NCBI RefSeq assembly: GCF_018350175.1
Contig: NC_058376.1
Coordinates: forward strand, 142,352,001 to 142,416,000
DNA from: Felis catus
Taxonomy: Eukaryota
Direction of reading: 5' to 3'
DNA: 64,000 bases
The translations under genes and the position numbers were made by a program. The notes under the pieces were generated by a model. It saw nothing but the letters and a program-made list of their open reading frames with translations, had not been told where the DNA came from and ran no database searches. Shown piece by piece: positions 26,455 to 40,276 of the stretch; position 1 is the stretch's first letter; each line of letters starts with the position of its first letter.

Positions 26455-26622
26455 CGGTGGTGCTCAAAGTTCTCTTCACATTTGAATCAGCAAGGGAGCT
26501 TCCAAAAATGCTAATGTTGCATTCTATCCCTAGAGATTTAATTTGTCTGGTGTGTGGCTTGGGCACTGGCAGCTTTGAAAGATGTTCAGATTTAAATGTT
26601 CAGTCAAGTTTAGGAACTACTG
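26455..26622. mobile_element. MER5-like DNA transposon
   Basis: cggtggtgctcaaagtt...gaatcagcaagggagctt...ccctagagattt...gtttaggaactactg. Confidence 0.7.
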
Positions 26623-27059
26623 CCCCATACCTTGGTTACCGGTACTGTCTTGTTTGAAAAGTTTTCTAGGGTCCTATTCTAACCTATTTTGGGTTGTAGT
26701 TTTCTCTACCTATCAATTATATTCCATATGCTTCTCATTTTGCAGAAATTCCTATATAATTCTGTCCCACTAATGATATGAATTCCCTTTATTGTCGAAT
26801 GCTGTTATATATTTAAATTTTTTGCTTTAACTCTTTCCGAAGGAAAACATAATCCAGGTCATGTGGCTTTCATTGGTTACAGATTGGTTTATCTTTGACT
26901 CCATTTTTCTCTTTCACTATCCTTTCTTCTGCCTGGCATGACCAGATTCTTAAAAATCCAACATGGCTACTCTCTTTTCAACCCCTTGTTCTCAGTTCTT
27001 GGTCTATCTTGTTTGATTCCTCATTTATGTATTGGCATTCCTGAGGACTCCAGTTATAG

Positions 27060-27298
27060 CAGCGTTTCCCAACAGTGGCACTATTGACATTTGGGGCCAG
27101 AGAATTTTTTTTGATGTAGATGACTGTTAGATGTTCTGCAGAATCCCTGGTCCTTACCTACTGGATGCCAGTAGCGCTCCTCAGCCTCCCTGCTAACCCC
27201 ACCTACGTTGTGACAGACATATTTCAAGGATTGCCAAACATTCCATTGCAGCCATTGCAGGCAGAATGGAAGAATTCCCTCTAGGTTGATGACCACTG
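27060..27298. mobile_element. MER20-like hAT-Charlie DNA transposon
   Basis: ggcactattgacatttggggccagagaatt...cctactggatgccagtagc...gttgtgaca...attgccaaa...ggttgatgaccactg. Confidence 0.8.
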
Positions 27299-27563
27299 AG
27301 GGTCAAATATTTGCAATGGCCAATAAATGCTGCAGCAAGTACATTTTAAAAATATTATTTCGTAAGTGAGAAGGTCTTTACTGTCTTCAAGGATACTTTT
27401 TTTGTTTTTCTTTTCATCAATTGCATTTCATATGCTGATGTCCTGGGATTGTCCTGAGTTCATAAAATTTTATTCTTCACTATTAAGATGGTTTAGCTCA
27501 TACAATATGAATTGTGATTTAATTGTTATAAGTTAGTGAGACTTTTCATTTGAAGAAATTCAC

Positions 27564-27590
<27 letters not shown>
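27564..27590. repeat. (GA)n microsatellite
   Basis: Direct observation. Confidence 0.95.
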
Positions 27591-27595
<5 letters not shown>

Positions 27596-28642
27596 TAGTC
27601 CATAGGTCTCAATCTTAGAAAAAGAAAAGATGATTACTTCACTAATGGTCACTGTTTGCACTGAATTGTGGCTAAAATTACCTTATCTTGGAAAACAAGA
27701 ACTTATCCAACATGCTGAACCTTACTTCTATCCCTGAGATTCAATATGTGAAGATTTTATCTTCATTATAGTCCCTTTGAGATGAAAGAAGTGTACACTG
27801 AGTCTTCATGAGTGGACTATATTCCTTCTATTTCATACAAAGGAACCTCTCTTGCCAATACTTTCCTAAATACTCACAGCTCTAATGAACCAAAAACCTG
27901 CCCCCCGCCCCATGAACACATTATGGAAATACAATAGAAGGATAAACAGAAGCTCATCCTGAGCTTCCTACTTCCTGTCCTACTGATAAAATTAGCTGAA
28001 GGTAAAATAGATCATAGGTCTACCACCCATAGGGCACATGCAGTAGTATTCATGGAACTGATAATCCCGTGTTTCCAAAGGGAAATTTCATCTTAGGTAC
28101 ACAATCGTATTTCATTTATGCTATATTTGATGTGATTCGTTCACACTATTAGAGATTTTAGTCAATGCAAATAGTCCTCCATTCAGTTGAAGACGGTTGC
28201 AGATTGGCAGCGAGTACTTGAGGCAGAGATTTGCAACTGGAAACTGAATTGTGCGCAGGTGAAGGAGGCTTTTGCTAGATTAAAGAAGTGTTTTCTGTTA
28301 TGCTTTGCATTTCTAAAGCCAACATTTGAGCACTACCTTTTCGTCTCTTGAGCCTGTGGGGAGAGAATCCTTCATTTCCACACCTGCCGCCTGCCTCACT
28401 TCCCCAGGACTGGCCCTTTACATGCCTCACATGGTTTCTCTGCATTCTGCTGGCCTTTAGCAGGGTGCTGCTGAGTGCATTGCCAGACGTGTAGCTGAGT
28501 GATTCGTCCTCCACGTGACAGAGACACTAGAAACTTTCGTTGAGCAAATACAAATAGGGCAAATTGAAAGGGGAGAGTTTTTGTCAGAATTTATTTTATT
28601 TTAGGAAGTATTTTTTGTTGCTTTGGGGTTTGAAGGCCATAG

Positions 28643-28644
28643 AT

Positions 28645-28704
<60 letters not shown>
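28643..28704. repeat. (TTTC)n microsatellite
   Basis: Direct observation. Confidence 0.97.
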
Positions 28705-29156
28705 TCCAGTTCACCTGCTTCAGCTCTTCTCTCCCATTCACTAAACTGTCATGAACAGTTTTGGAAACTCTAGCAGTAAATGGACTTGCCCTTGTCATTT
28801 GGCTTGAAGTTCTGCACATGACAAATGTGTCTTCTCCTGTGCATTGCATTCTTTTAACAACCTGAAAACTTCACTTTGTCCACCTTTGCTTTGGCCTGAA
28901 ATAGCCAGACAATTGTGTCAATGGTTTAATTGGATGCTGAGGCCTCTAGAAAATGCCTCCACCTTTCATTTCCTTTTTTGTTTTTCAGGTTCCATTACTT
29001 TTCATGTTCCATTACGCATGCTTTCATGCGTTGGCATGGGCTTTTGGAATAAGTAGATGCCTATTAGCTGCCCTTAGAGATAGGATAAATTTATAATGTT
29101 AATAGTCCAATAGTTTCTATGTGCTGGAACAAATGGTTTTCTACATATTACATTTT

Positions 29157-29356
29157 TTAAAATGTTTATTTATTTTGTGAGAGAGACAGACCATGAGCAT
29201 GGGAGGGGCAGAGAGAGAGGGAGGAAGAATCTCAAGCAGGTTCTGTACCTTCAGCTTGGAGCCCAATGCAGGGCTCAAACTCATGAAACAGGAGATCATG
29301 ACCTGGGCCAAAATCAAGTGTCAGGTGCTTAGCTGACTGATCTGCCCTGGCACCCC
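29157..29356 (-). mobile_element. CAN-SINE
   Basis: TSD TCTACATATTACATTTT at 29140-29156 and 29357-29373. Confidence 0.94.
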
Positions 29357-30804
29357 TCTACATATTACATTTTTATCTTCTCAATAACCCTATTTTCTAT
29401 GGTCATGTTAGAGCCAACCACTGTCTACCACCTTTTCAAATCCACTTCTAGAAACCATGACAAGTGACATGGATCTTTAGGCATTCTTAAAAGGGATAGG
29501 AATGAGCTTTGAGATGGTATCACCAGCCAACATTGTGCAAACACTCCCTAGATGTCTCTTCCTTTCTGTAAATTTCCTCTTCAAGGCAGATACTGATACC
29601 TACCCTGCCTTCACCCACATGCTACTTTACTCTCCTAGAGCCCCTCAGGACTCTGCCCTTCTCTACTTTCTTATCGCCATTTTCCTTCCTTCTCCTGCCT
29701 GCCACCCTGTAGGAAAAATAGTTTGCCTTAGGTTAGCATCCTCACTAGAATTCTGGTGAAAAAATTCTGCCCTTTGTTTCATGTCTATGAAGAAATGGAG
29801 GCAAAGAAACTAATTTGCCCAAGATTACTCAGCTTACAATAGCAGATTTGGATATGAACCATGACTGTGTTCTTTCCTTCTGATCAGTTTTCTTTGCAAT
29901 TCTATCATCTACGGAAGATCCTGTTCGTGTCAAGGCTTAATGTTGGATTTTATAAGTTTCTAATCAACATTATTTGAGCAGAGTGATTACTGGAACCAGA
30001 GCTGACAAGTCCACGTGTGCCCAGAGGAGTTTAAAATGGTTGGAAAAACTTGTTAACTGGGTTGTTTATTTAAAAAGGAAACAAAAATCCCTCAGGTTAT
30101 AAAGTTGGAGGCAACATAATTAAACAGACATCCCAAGGTGCATTCTTTAAAAAGACTTTCTAGACTAACAGATTTCTTCTTCATCCACCCACGTTACCCA
30201 CACAACCATTACTACTCTGACTGATCTTCCTGTAGGGAAATCAATATAATTGCTCAACATCTCAACATCTACAGATGTCACCAGCCCCAGGCCTTAGCTT
30301 TTGTTTTGCCCCTACTGAGTGAGAGATGAGGTTTTATAATTGTTGTGTTGTTCTTTTTCATATAATGGAAACTCTACTTGGCAGACTCCTGCAGTCCCAC
30401 TGCACAGGCATCCACATGGTCTGATGGGGATTTGGTGTCTTTACTCGTTTCTTTAGTTTGGTCCTTCCAAAAACACAGCCCAGCCTCCACATCCCTTCCA
30501 GTCAATGGTTCTCCATCCTGGCTGTATGCTGTACCCCGCCCTCCACCCCCCACCCCGGAGACTTTTATAAAGTGCTGATGCCTAACCCCCACTGCTGATC
30601 AATTAAATCAGATTCCCAGGCGGTGGAGAGAAATCTATTTTGCTACCCCTGGGCTACATGACCATTATTGTTAAACTAAACTACTAAGTTTCCATTGGGA
30701 TATGATTACAGAAGGTAGTTCAAAAGACTATTATAGAGGTTGTACTTTGCAGTTTCAGTAAGAAATCTAGCAATTGCTTATGATGTTCTGGCTTAAAAAA
30801 GAGG

Positions 30805-31225
30805 GTATATCAGTCAGATTTACCATGAAGATATTGAGTGACAAATTACTCCCGAATGCAGTGGCTTTCATCAAGGGACATTTCTTTCTTTCTCATGGGT
30901 CTGTAGATAAGCATGGTTTGGCTGGTCCAAGCTGGACTCTGTTGGGTAGTTTTGTATCAGGATTTAGGTAAGCTATATTTTACTCTAGGTGAGGGTATGG
31001 TTCAAATCTTTCATCATCACATCATCACTGACACATCATCACATCATGTACTTCTCATGGCAGATCACTGACACTAATTTCAGTTGCACTAAAACACTTC
31101 TGCTTCTGTCATGTCCACTCATGGGTCTTTGAACAAAGTAATTCCTATAGCACAGCCCAACACTAGTGGGATGGGAACAAAAATTCTCTGCCCACGTGCA
31201 GGGAAAGAGGATAACTATTTACTGA
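30805..31225 (-). mobile_element. MLT1-like (MaLR) LTR, degenerate
   Basis: tatcagtcag...gtgacaaattactccc...cagtggcttt...tctcatgggtctgtag...catgtccactcat...gcccaacactagtgggatggg. Confidence 0.6.
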
Positions 31226-31684
31226 CATTCACACATTCACAAGAAGGCAATATGAATTTGTTGACAAGTTCTTAGAATACAGGTGACTAAAGAAGGTTTG
31301 GATATTCAACTTTTCTGTTGATATAAAATTATTCTCATATTTTAAAAAGTTCTTTTAAAAGGTAACAAAAGACTGAGCTAGCAGAGGGTGGGGTGGAAAC
31401 ATAGTTCTAGTCACTGGAAGTGTTGAAGCAGAGTGTAGATCATCCTTTGGCGGGAAATGTGTGCAGAGGACTCTATCTAGCATTAGCTGATTATTGAGTG
31501 TATTGGTTATATTTGTAGTTGGTTTACCACAATGAGGGGCAGAAAGAATAGGAAATGAAGAGTCAAAGTTCTAATTGTCACGATAGGCCATATCCAACAA
31601 GAGGAAATTTCAAAGGGATAAATAAAATGTTATACATTTGGGTTTACAATTTCATGGTTTCTATATTTTAAGTAAAAATCTGTA

Positions 31685-31895
31685 CATAAGAAACTCTTAA
31701 ATACAGAGAACAAACTGAGGGTTGATGGGGGGCAGGGGAGAGGGGAAAATGGGTGATGGACATTGAGGAGGTCACTTGTTGGGATGAGCACTGGGTGTTG
31801 TATGTACACGATGCATCATGGGAATCTAGTCCCAAGAGCACAGTGTATGCGCTGTATGTTAGCTAACTTGACAACAAATTATGTTTTGAAAAAAA
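31685..31895 (+). mobile_element. Carnivore L1 3' UTR fragment
   Basis: cataagaaactcttaaatacagagaacaaactgagggttg...gggtgatggacattgaggagg...gggatgagcactgggtgttgtatg...A-tail. Confidence 0.9.
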
Positions 31896-32089
31896 GAAAC
31901 TGGCAAACACTTTGTATTTTATTGACTCTTTGATTCTGGGGTTAAATATATCATGAATTAGAATTCATAAACTGGATTGGACATCACCTGTCAGGATTAG
32001 TCTAGAAGGCGTAGTGTGGCCAAAGCCTCCAGTTGGCCATAGAGTACCTGCTGGCTGGTATTACCACTACTATCAATGATAACAACTGA

Positions 32090-32330
32090 GGCAGCAGCTA
32101 ATGTTTGTAGGGTGTTGCCTAAGTGCCAAGTATAGCTAAGTGATTTACATGGATAATTTCATCTTCAGAAGATTTTGTGAGGTAGGTACTAATGACAATT
32201 ACATTTTCCAGATGGAAAACTGGGGCCTAGTGAAATAAAGTAATCTGCCCAAGGTCCTGCAGTTTATGAGGTGTTGTTGAGAGTTCAAGTCAGGGTGTTC
32301 GATTCTACAAAGTATGGTGTAATCATAATA
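32090..32330 (-). mobile_element. MIR SINE
   Basis: tgtgaggtaggtact...cattttccagatggaaaactgggg...aagtaatctgcccaaggtc. Confidence 0.75.
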
Positions 32331-35300
32331 CTTTATTGACGGCCCATTCAGACTGATTTGCCATTATGAGTACTAGCACTTTCCCCAGGAGCCTACTCCA
32401 TCGTTTGACAACCACCGCCATGGACACTTTGCTGCTATGACACAGTTCTGGAATTATCGTGAGATACTGCTGTGTCTCCTTTGGACGGGTCTTCTCTCTG
32501 AGAGTGCTTCACAAGTTTTTGGAAGTCACGTATTTCGAAAAGCACCGTAAATCAGGATTCCTTCCCCCAAATCCAAGGGACCACTCTCATCACAGCCACA
32601 GTTGACTGGAGACACATTCTCTGTTGTTGGAGCTGGTGCCCACTTTGCTATTGATTATTTCTGACTTGCCGGAGGTAGCTGGCAGCCAAATGGAAGGCTG
32701 GGATTTCCCAATCAATAGTCATTAGAACTACATTTATTTTACATCGGATGGCCTTTGGGGCTGGGGTGCACCCTTAACGATAAAAAGAAAACTACAAGAG
32801 CTTATTTTGGGAACGTAAACAGCTCTCTTCAGGGAGCAGCTAGAATCAGACAAAGAAGTGCATTCACAAGTATCCTTTACTCTCAGACATCATTGCTGCC
32901 TCACATGCAAGTACTTCTTGGGAAATTTAAGTTCCAGAACTTCTCCTAAGCGGGATGTAGACTTGGACGGGCTGAGCAGGCTGTGTGTGTCATGTGTGTG
33001 TTTGCTTTTCGGACTGAAGGAAGAGACTCAGGTCGCCCCTTTGATTCACCAAACTTGAATGTGAAAAGAGAGCAGGGAGAAATGCAAGACCTGCCTTGGT
33101 AATAAATCTGGAAAAAAAAAAAAAAAAGCACAGTCTATCCCTTCAGTGATGGTGAATGGATAGGGGGGCACAAAGGTAGAAGAAGCTAGCAAAAAAAAAA
33201 AAAATATCAGAATGGGAATGAGAATCCACACATGGTGGTTATAAATTTGTTGTGATAAGCAGGATGTCCCTAAGCAAGTAGAGTACTGCAGGGTATCCTG
33301 AACAGTAAGAAGAGAAGAGCAGAACACATTTTATGGAACCGAATGACTGTGATTCATGAGGTAGTGCTAGTGTATTCTCACAGGTTTACTTCTTTTCCTT
33401 TTTCTAATATCAGTAATCACTCAGTCTTCCAGAGTTACCTTTCAGGCTGAAGTAGGGAACAAACTATTCTAAGTTTGTTTGGCTAATACATGTCCTGAGA
33501 CAAAATAGATAAAATGCCTTGAAAGAAAAAGAAAAGGCCGTGGTTTTCTCCTCTTTTAGGTCTTGCTGAATTAGCCTTGTACTTCTTATCCCCTTTGCCA
33601 ACTTAATGACTTCACATCCTGGGTTTTTGAAACCATTTCTTATTCAGTCTAATATACCTTTAACCCCTTTTAGTGCTCAGATGCCTTTGTGTGGTGGGAC
33701 CTTGGGATAGGTCTCTCCCTTAAAATTTTCCAATTATTCCCTCCTTATTCTCAAGAATGTGTCCAGAACCAGCCACACCAGCCTAGCTTGAAATAGGCTC
33801 AGGAAATCCAGCCATTTCTCCCCATTATGGTCCTGTAAACATTGCTATCATCGAGCATGGACCATGCCTCCACATGGGATTGGTTTCTGAGGTAGTCAGA
33901 CCAATTCTAGAAAGAACAGAAGGAGGAAACTCAGAAAGTAAACACAGACCTTGGGAGTAAGGGTGCCGCTCAAACTAGCAGCCCAAGACCTGAGCCTGAC
34001 AGTTATAATCTGTGACCTTTTCAGTTCTTTCAACTCCTGAAACATCAGCTGCCGATGGAGAGAAATTCTGTCTGTACTCAGGCCATCGATTAGAGTAGGC
34101 GAAATATCATGACATAGCTAAAACGCTTTGACCCCTTGAGAAGCAGATAATATTAGATGAGGTAGCTTTATTAGTGGGTATTTTTGTACAAAGCTGCTTC
34201 TTTATATCACATTTTTACATTCCATATTGCCATGGCATTAAAAAAAAAACAAGCCGTACCTATAAGAAGATAAGAAGGTGGAGAGGTAGCTAGATACATA
34301 GGTACATACACAAATGGGTGAAGCCAGATTCCTTAAGTGGTGGTTTGTAGGATAAGTTGATGCTTTTATCTCAAAATAAGGGAAATTTCACTTTAGAAAA
34401 ATGGTAGTAAGATGGAAGTGGATGATTATGTCAGAATGGACTAAAACTGGGGATTTGTTCTATAAGAAGTTACACAGTAAGTTAGGAATTGGTAGGTGAT
34501 AGATGACCCTGACATTTAAGGCAAACATGCATACAAAAAGGAAAAAAAAAACCCTCTATTTAGTACAAGCAGTAGGAAGAGAGAGATACTGGGGACATAG
34601 TGACAACCATAAATCTGGGAGTAAAACTCAACAAGTAGATAGTAGCTCCTTGAGGCAGAGCCCATATCTCATAGTTCTTTGCCTTTCACAATTTCTTGGC
34701 TTACAGTGGTTGCTTGATAAATGTTCATTGTTTGAAAAAAAAGACGGAGAAGGGAAACATTACGTACATTAATCAAGATAGAAACTAGATGGTGTAACTA
34801 TAAGTAATAGTCAAAGATACAAACAGAAAAAAAAAAGAGCCAAGTTTTGATAGGAAACTGGATAAAACAAGAGAGGAAAAATGGTTGAAAAAAAATAATT
34901 CAGTCATGTTTGAGAAAGAGGAAAAGGGATGGTGGAGCAAGGTCTGAGTAATAGGATTATAGGTGGGCAAGGCAATTATTGGGAGCAAATGTGATACTGT
35001 CTTGAAAGAAAGTCTTGTGTTGGCCAATGGGTAAAAAAGCCTTTTTCGGCATAGGCTCAGGTAAAATGTGTGCATTTGTAAACACATATGTCACAAAGAG
35101 AAGCTGTATGAGTGAAATTCAGGAAGAAAAGCTGGTTGCTCCAACCAGTAACTCCAGGCTGAGGAAGATATTTCTGAAAACTAGGTGAGCCTAGCCTAAA
35201 AGTGAAAGTGGCTGCTTCAGTAATTAGAGATTCACCATCACTGGAGTTATTCACATAGAGGCTGGGGAGCCATTATAGACGGTGGTTATTGGGGAAATTC

Positions 35301-35485
35301 AGGCAGCACATGGGCACTGGGATATTTAGCCTTTGATTTCCTTCTTGTCCCTGAGATTCTGTGGTTCACCACTCAATAGTGAGGACCTGCTACTGCGTAG
35401 ATGCTTCTAGGTCCTGACCACCTACTCAGCAACAAGTGTCCTGGCTTCTGCCTCCAGTGAAGCAAGAATAGCAGACACTACAACC

Positions 35486-35675
35486 AGTTTAGCAGCTGAC
35501 TCTCCAGGAGAAAAAAAGTCCTTCCATTTGTAGCATTGGCTGATTTCTATGGTGTACATAGTGTCACCGTACTGAATTCGAGCTTTCGGTGTGACATCAT
35601 TGAACCTGGAGTTGTAAAGGTATACTCCCAACTGACTCTCCTGAAACTGTGTGGGCACTTCTCTGGTACCTTGCT
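35486..35675. mobile_element. MER63-like hAT DNA transposon
   Basis: atttgtagcattggctgatttctatggtgtacata...gtgacatcattgaacctggagttg...ctgactctcctga resembles MER63 consensus. Confidence 0.7.
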
Positions 35676-36154
35676 CCAGGATCAGTCATATTGTCCAAGA
35701 AAGTGTGATCAGTTTGCAAGTTGCTGATACCTTCCAGGTAGCCCAGGAAGGCCAACCAGGGAAGGACAAGGCTCCATTTGCTGGCACGGACAATCATGCG
35801 TCCGCTCCCTGCCCTCTTGCCACCATCAGGACTGTCAGAGCAAAACGAGTGGTGCTACTTGTTCTCATGGGCGTACTCACTGTTGGGATTTATCTGTGGT
35901 CCCTTTCGCTTGCTCTGCTTTTAAAAGAATATGAGTAAATATGTGTGTGATATCCTTGGTGCAGTTTCCCTCTCCTCCTCCCCCTAATTGATCCCTGCTT
36001 TCCTTGGTTCTTAAGACTGGCCAGACATACGATAAGGTAATATTGAGTTTATTGTCTTTGCCCTTCTTTTAGCCTCTTCATGACTTCCACATAGCTGCTG
36101 AGCTGCCTCTTCTCTCTCTTGCACAGTTTCAGGACCTCGTGCTTATTGAGCATT

Positions 36155-36350
36155 CACCATAAGCCAAACTCTGCTCTGAGCGCTTTTCCTGTTAACACCT
36201 CAAATGCTCCCAACAACGGATGGGCTAGATTACTAGTTCTATCCATGTTTTGGAGAGAGGAAGCCAAGACACTGAGAGCATAAGTACCTTTCTGTAGGTC
36301 ACACAGGCAGTGTGTGTCAGAGCTGGGATTTGAATTGAGATAGTGGGGAG
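36155..36350 (-). mobile_element. MIR SINE
   Basis: ccatgttttggagagaggaagccaagacactgagag...ggtcacacagg...gtgtcagagctgggatttgaa. Confidence 0.72.
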
Positions 36351-36970
36351 TTTTCTTGATCTCTCTGGAAAGCAGTGTGGAAATCAAGAAGATTGTAGGG
36401 AATACATTGCCCCGATTGATAAAGCAGAGAAAGCGATTTGCAAGAAAGATGGATCAGGTTCAGAGAGAACGGTGGCTCTGCTGTAAGCAAGCCTGTGGGT
36501 CAAGTGTCTCATAGAAGAGGAATAGTTTTTACTCACTTCATTTTATCACTTCAAGTCTCACCTGAGTATGAGATGAAACCTGCATGATTCATTTTTTTTA
36601 AATAGGAAAATAGACTGGCATCGAGACTCAGAAATTTAATGGTTAGATCTTTCTAAATTCAACACACAGGTAACTGACTTTTTTTTATCATTAAGGCACA
36701 GATGTCGTTAGGAATGCCTTTAATCATTGTGGTGGTAGAAAACATCTATTTTTGAAAACTCCACCAATATCAAGGTTTTCATGCTAAATTCACTGGACAG
36801 TTCAGCCAGAGGAAGACTCAGGAGTGAGCCCATTACTGATGGCTGCTAACGAAAACCCTACCGTCTTATACGGTAATATAAAGAAGAGTAAAACCTCACT
36901 TATGTAGAAGTCAGATCCCCAGCAGTGCAATTTATTTGAAACTTTGCTGAGAATAAAGAGATGAAATCAG

Positions 36971-37711
36971 TGTATTCGTTAGGATTAACTGCATATGAAA
37001 GAAAACAAAAATAATCATGACTTAAACACAAGGTTTCGGGGCGCCTGGGTGGCGCAGTCGGTTAAGCGTCCAACTTCAGCCAGGTCACGATCTCGCGGTC
37101 CGGGAGTTCGAGCCCTGTGTCAGGCTCTGGGCTGACGGCTCAGAGCCTGGAGCCTGTTTCCGATTCTGTGTCTCCCTCTCTCTCTGCCCCTCACCCGTTC
37201 ATGCTCTGTCTCTCTCTGTCCCAAAAATAAATAAACGTTGAAAAAAAAATTAAAAAAAAAACACACAAGGTTTCGTTTTTCTTTCATATAAAATAAGTCT
37301 GAAGGTGCACAGTTTCAGGTTGTTGGTGGAGGCCCATGGGCATCAGCATCTCAGGCTCCACCCAACTTTCTGCCCCACCATCTTTAACACACGGTCATTT
37401 CAAGGTACAACATAGCTGTTGGCGCTCCAGCCGTCATAGACAAATGCTAGGAAACCTAAGTAGCGGGGAAAGGGCCAAAGGGCACATACTATCCACTTAT
37501 CCTCTTTCTGAGAACCATTCAAGAAAGACCCATTCAGCACTTCCTCTTCTGTCTCACTGGTCAGAATATAGTCACATGACCTTTCCTAACTACAAGGCAG
37601 GCCAGGAAATGGGGTGTTTTAGCCAGGTTCCCTTAAATGAGACCAGGATGCTGTTTCTCTGGAAGATGAGGAGAATGGGTAGTAGGTAGGGAGTGGATAG
37701 TCTCTGCCACA
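36971..37711 (-). mobile_element. MLT1J-like LTR interrupted by a SINE
   Basis: Ends ...agtctctgccaca (reverse TGTGGCAGAGACT). Contains ctcactggtcagaatatagtcacatgacc...cctaactacaagg motif. Confidence 0.75.
37038..37262 (+). mobile_element. CAN-SINE, young SINEC_Fc1-type
   Basis: GGGGCGCCTGGGTGGCGCAGTCGGTTAAGCGTCC...A-tail. TSD ACACAAGGTTTC on both sides. Confidence 0.97.
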
Positions 37712-39269
37712 GGAAGAATGACTTGGCTGCCCTAATTAATGTGACAAGCCTATACACTCTCCTGAGTAAAGAGCTCTGAGGATAAGGTGCACAAATGACT
37801 TGCTTCTTCTTTTACTGAGTTGTAACCACACCTTGGCATATACACGTGGTTAAGGTATACTAATTTACCAGAGGATAGGGTGAAACTAATGTGGGTTCTT
37901 TTGCTTTTAAATGAGAGAAAACAGACTCATGAGATGCAAGAAAAAACAAAAGCAAGCTTTAATGCTACCTTTCAACCTTCCCAAGGCCCAGGGAAGAAGA
38001 AAAGTGAGGGGAGCTTAGGCCAAAGGGACACATGGAGCCTGATGGATTCCATGATGGAGAAAGGGAGTGAGTCTCATTCCCATGGCTTGCCAGTTCCCCA
38101 GAAAACTGGGTCTCACCTCAATCTGTCAGGCAGGAAGAGGAGTACCACCTAGGAGTGGCCTTGGGGACAATGGCAAGGGAAGGACAAGCTGGGTACCATT
38201 GTGCTTGGCTGCCTTGGAGGAAAGGGACTGGTGTGATCCTGGATCTTAGCCAGTGCTGCTTGACAGGAAACCTACCGAACTTCCTAAGCTAAAAAGCTGA
38301 CATACTCTTAAACTTTAACCACACTCTTGTATCTAAATTCAAATGGCTCTATTGTATGCAGCTGCACCAGTAGTTTCATATGGAGGGACTATGAGCTTTA
38401 ATCAACCTGAGACACGCTCTGGTCACCAAAGGAGAATGTTTCATGACAAATAGGCGTTTGTTTGGCAAGGGCAGAGCAACCAAAGAGGTTGTTCCAGACA
38501 CTTGTACCATTACACAAAGTTGTCCTCTTGCGGTAGTAGATTAAGAGAAAGTTAAGAGAAGGAATGCTAGCGTTAAGTACATCCAAAGGGCTAATGAGAA
38601 CGCTGATAACTTGATACCAAAAGATGAGTGACAAAGAGACAAAAACCTATAAAAATGGCAAATGTCTCTGTTTGAAAAATTTGATAATCAACTATTGGGA
38701 AAACTAGGCCAATTACACAAAAATGAACTTAAGTTTGGGATTATTTACTATTGGGACAAATTGTCAGACTTTGAATTATCATAAAAATGACTAAAATCGA
38801 TATCCAGGAAAACTACTTCTATTGATCAGTAAAAGATTAAATTACATTCAATACATGCTATTAAAGAAGGCAGAGAAGTATTTTAAATAGAAAAATTTGT
38901 ATCCAAAGTTGCTAGAATATCTTTTAAATTATTGTTTAAAGGAATGAGAAAATCACCCATGACTCATTCACTGAGAGCTCTGATAAAATTCTGCAGCATT
39001 ACAGTTATTTCTGAGGGGCTCAAAGAAATTTACAATCATGTTAGGTCACATTACACATTTTGCAAACTTTTGATGGATTATGCTATTAGCATTATGCTTT
39101 TTTGGCTGATGGAAACTATTGACCAATTTTGTTACACAATTTCATTAAAACACAGAACACCACGATGGTAGAAGCAGAAATCACATCCTCTGCATGGCAA
39201 CTGGGTACGACCTGAATTTTATGACTAACTTGCTTCCAAATAGATATATCTAGACATAAACCTTTAAAG

Positions 39270-40150
39270 AGAGAAATTTGAATGTCTGAAACCAATGTCC
39301 TTATTTCTCCTGCACAGTTTATCTTTCCTACCCAAGACAGGGACCTGAGAATTACCTACAACTCATTCCTCGTCTTATACCCACATGACCAGCCACCTAG
39401 TATCATAAATATGTCACCTGAACAGCTCCTGAGCCCTCTCCTGGTGTGTTTCTTCAGCCCTTCTTGTTTTCTTGCCTGCCTATGGCTCGAACCCCAACTC
39501 GTCTTCAGGCCTTCCTCTCCTCCCATCCCATTTCCTTCTTCATCTTAGTTCTAACATTATTTTCTTTTAAGACTCAAATCTAATCACTTTACTTTCCCAC
39601 TTAAAAATTTCCCGGGCTCCTTATTATTTATAATGAAAAGGCCAAATCTCTTAATATGATCCAGAAAGCCCTTCACGACATCACTGTCGGCCTGCCTCTC
39701 TGAGTTTGTCTCCTGCCACCTTTGCACATGCACCCCCTCCACACCGTCCTCCTTCACCCCTGCCTGACTGTGTACTTGCTGCTCTGTCTGCCTGGGATGC
39801 CTGCCCCATGTTACTCTTTTCTACGTGATATATTCCCATGAATCTTTTACTCTGTTCAACTTTGAGCCTCTTCAAGCATATCTTTATTTGTATAGATTTC
39901 CCCAAACCTACAGGTAAAATTAGTTATCCTAAATATCTTACTTTCCTAACATTATCTGTGTATCCATCCATCCATCCATCCACCTACCTAACTTCTATTT
40001 TACTTCATAATATATACTACCTTTTAGATTCTATTTATAGATCTTTCTCTCCTTGGACATAGACTTTTCTTCATCTCAATATCTTCAGCACACTGGTATA
40101 GGAACTTGTACTTGGTAGATTTGTTAGTAAAATATTATTTGAATGAATTG
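39270..40150 (+). mobile_element. L2 LINE 3' portion
   Basis: aaatctaatcac...cttaaaaatttccc...ggccaaatctcttaatatg...ctgcctgggatgc...aatattatttgaatgaattga. Confidence 0.7.
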
Positions 40151-40276
40151 ATTGTTTTTTTCGGTGCTTTTGAATAGGGAAAGAAAATGGTTTCTCTTTT
40201 TGAATGCTCATTCCTGTTTTGGGGGGGCTCAATTTTATTGTAAATCCTGTGTTACATTTTTAAATTTATTTCTTTT

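Noticed and set aside
33101-33127. AATAAA followed by A16 as the end of a processed pseudogene
   Set aside because: Only 5 nt separate signal and A-run, no TSD was found, and the upstream sequence is not recognisable as mRNA.
35651-35938. 95-aa + strand ORF with a hydrophobic C-terminus
   Set aside because: Starts at a non-ATG codon inside a MER63-like element, with no splice or homology support.
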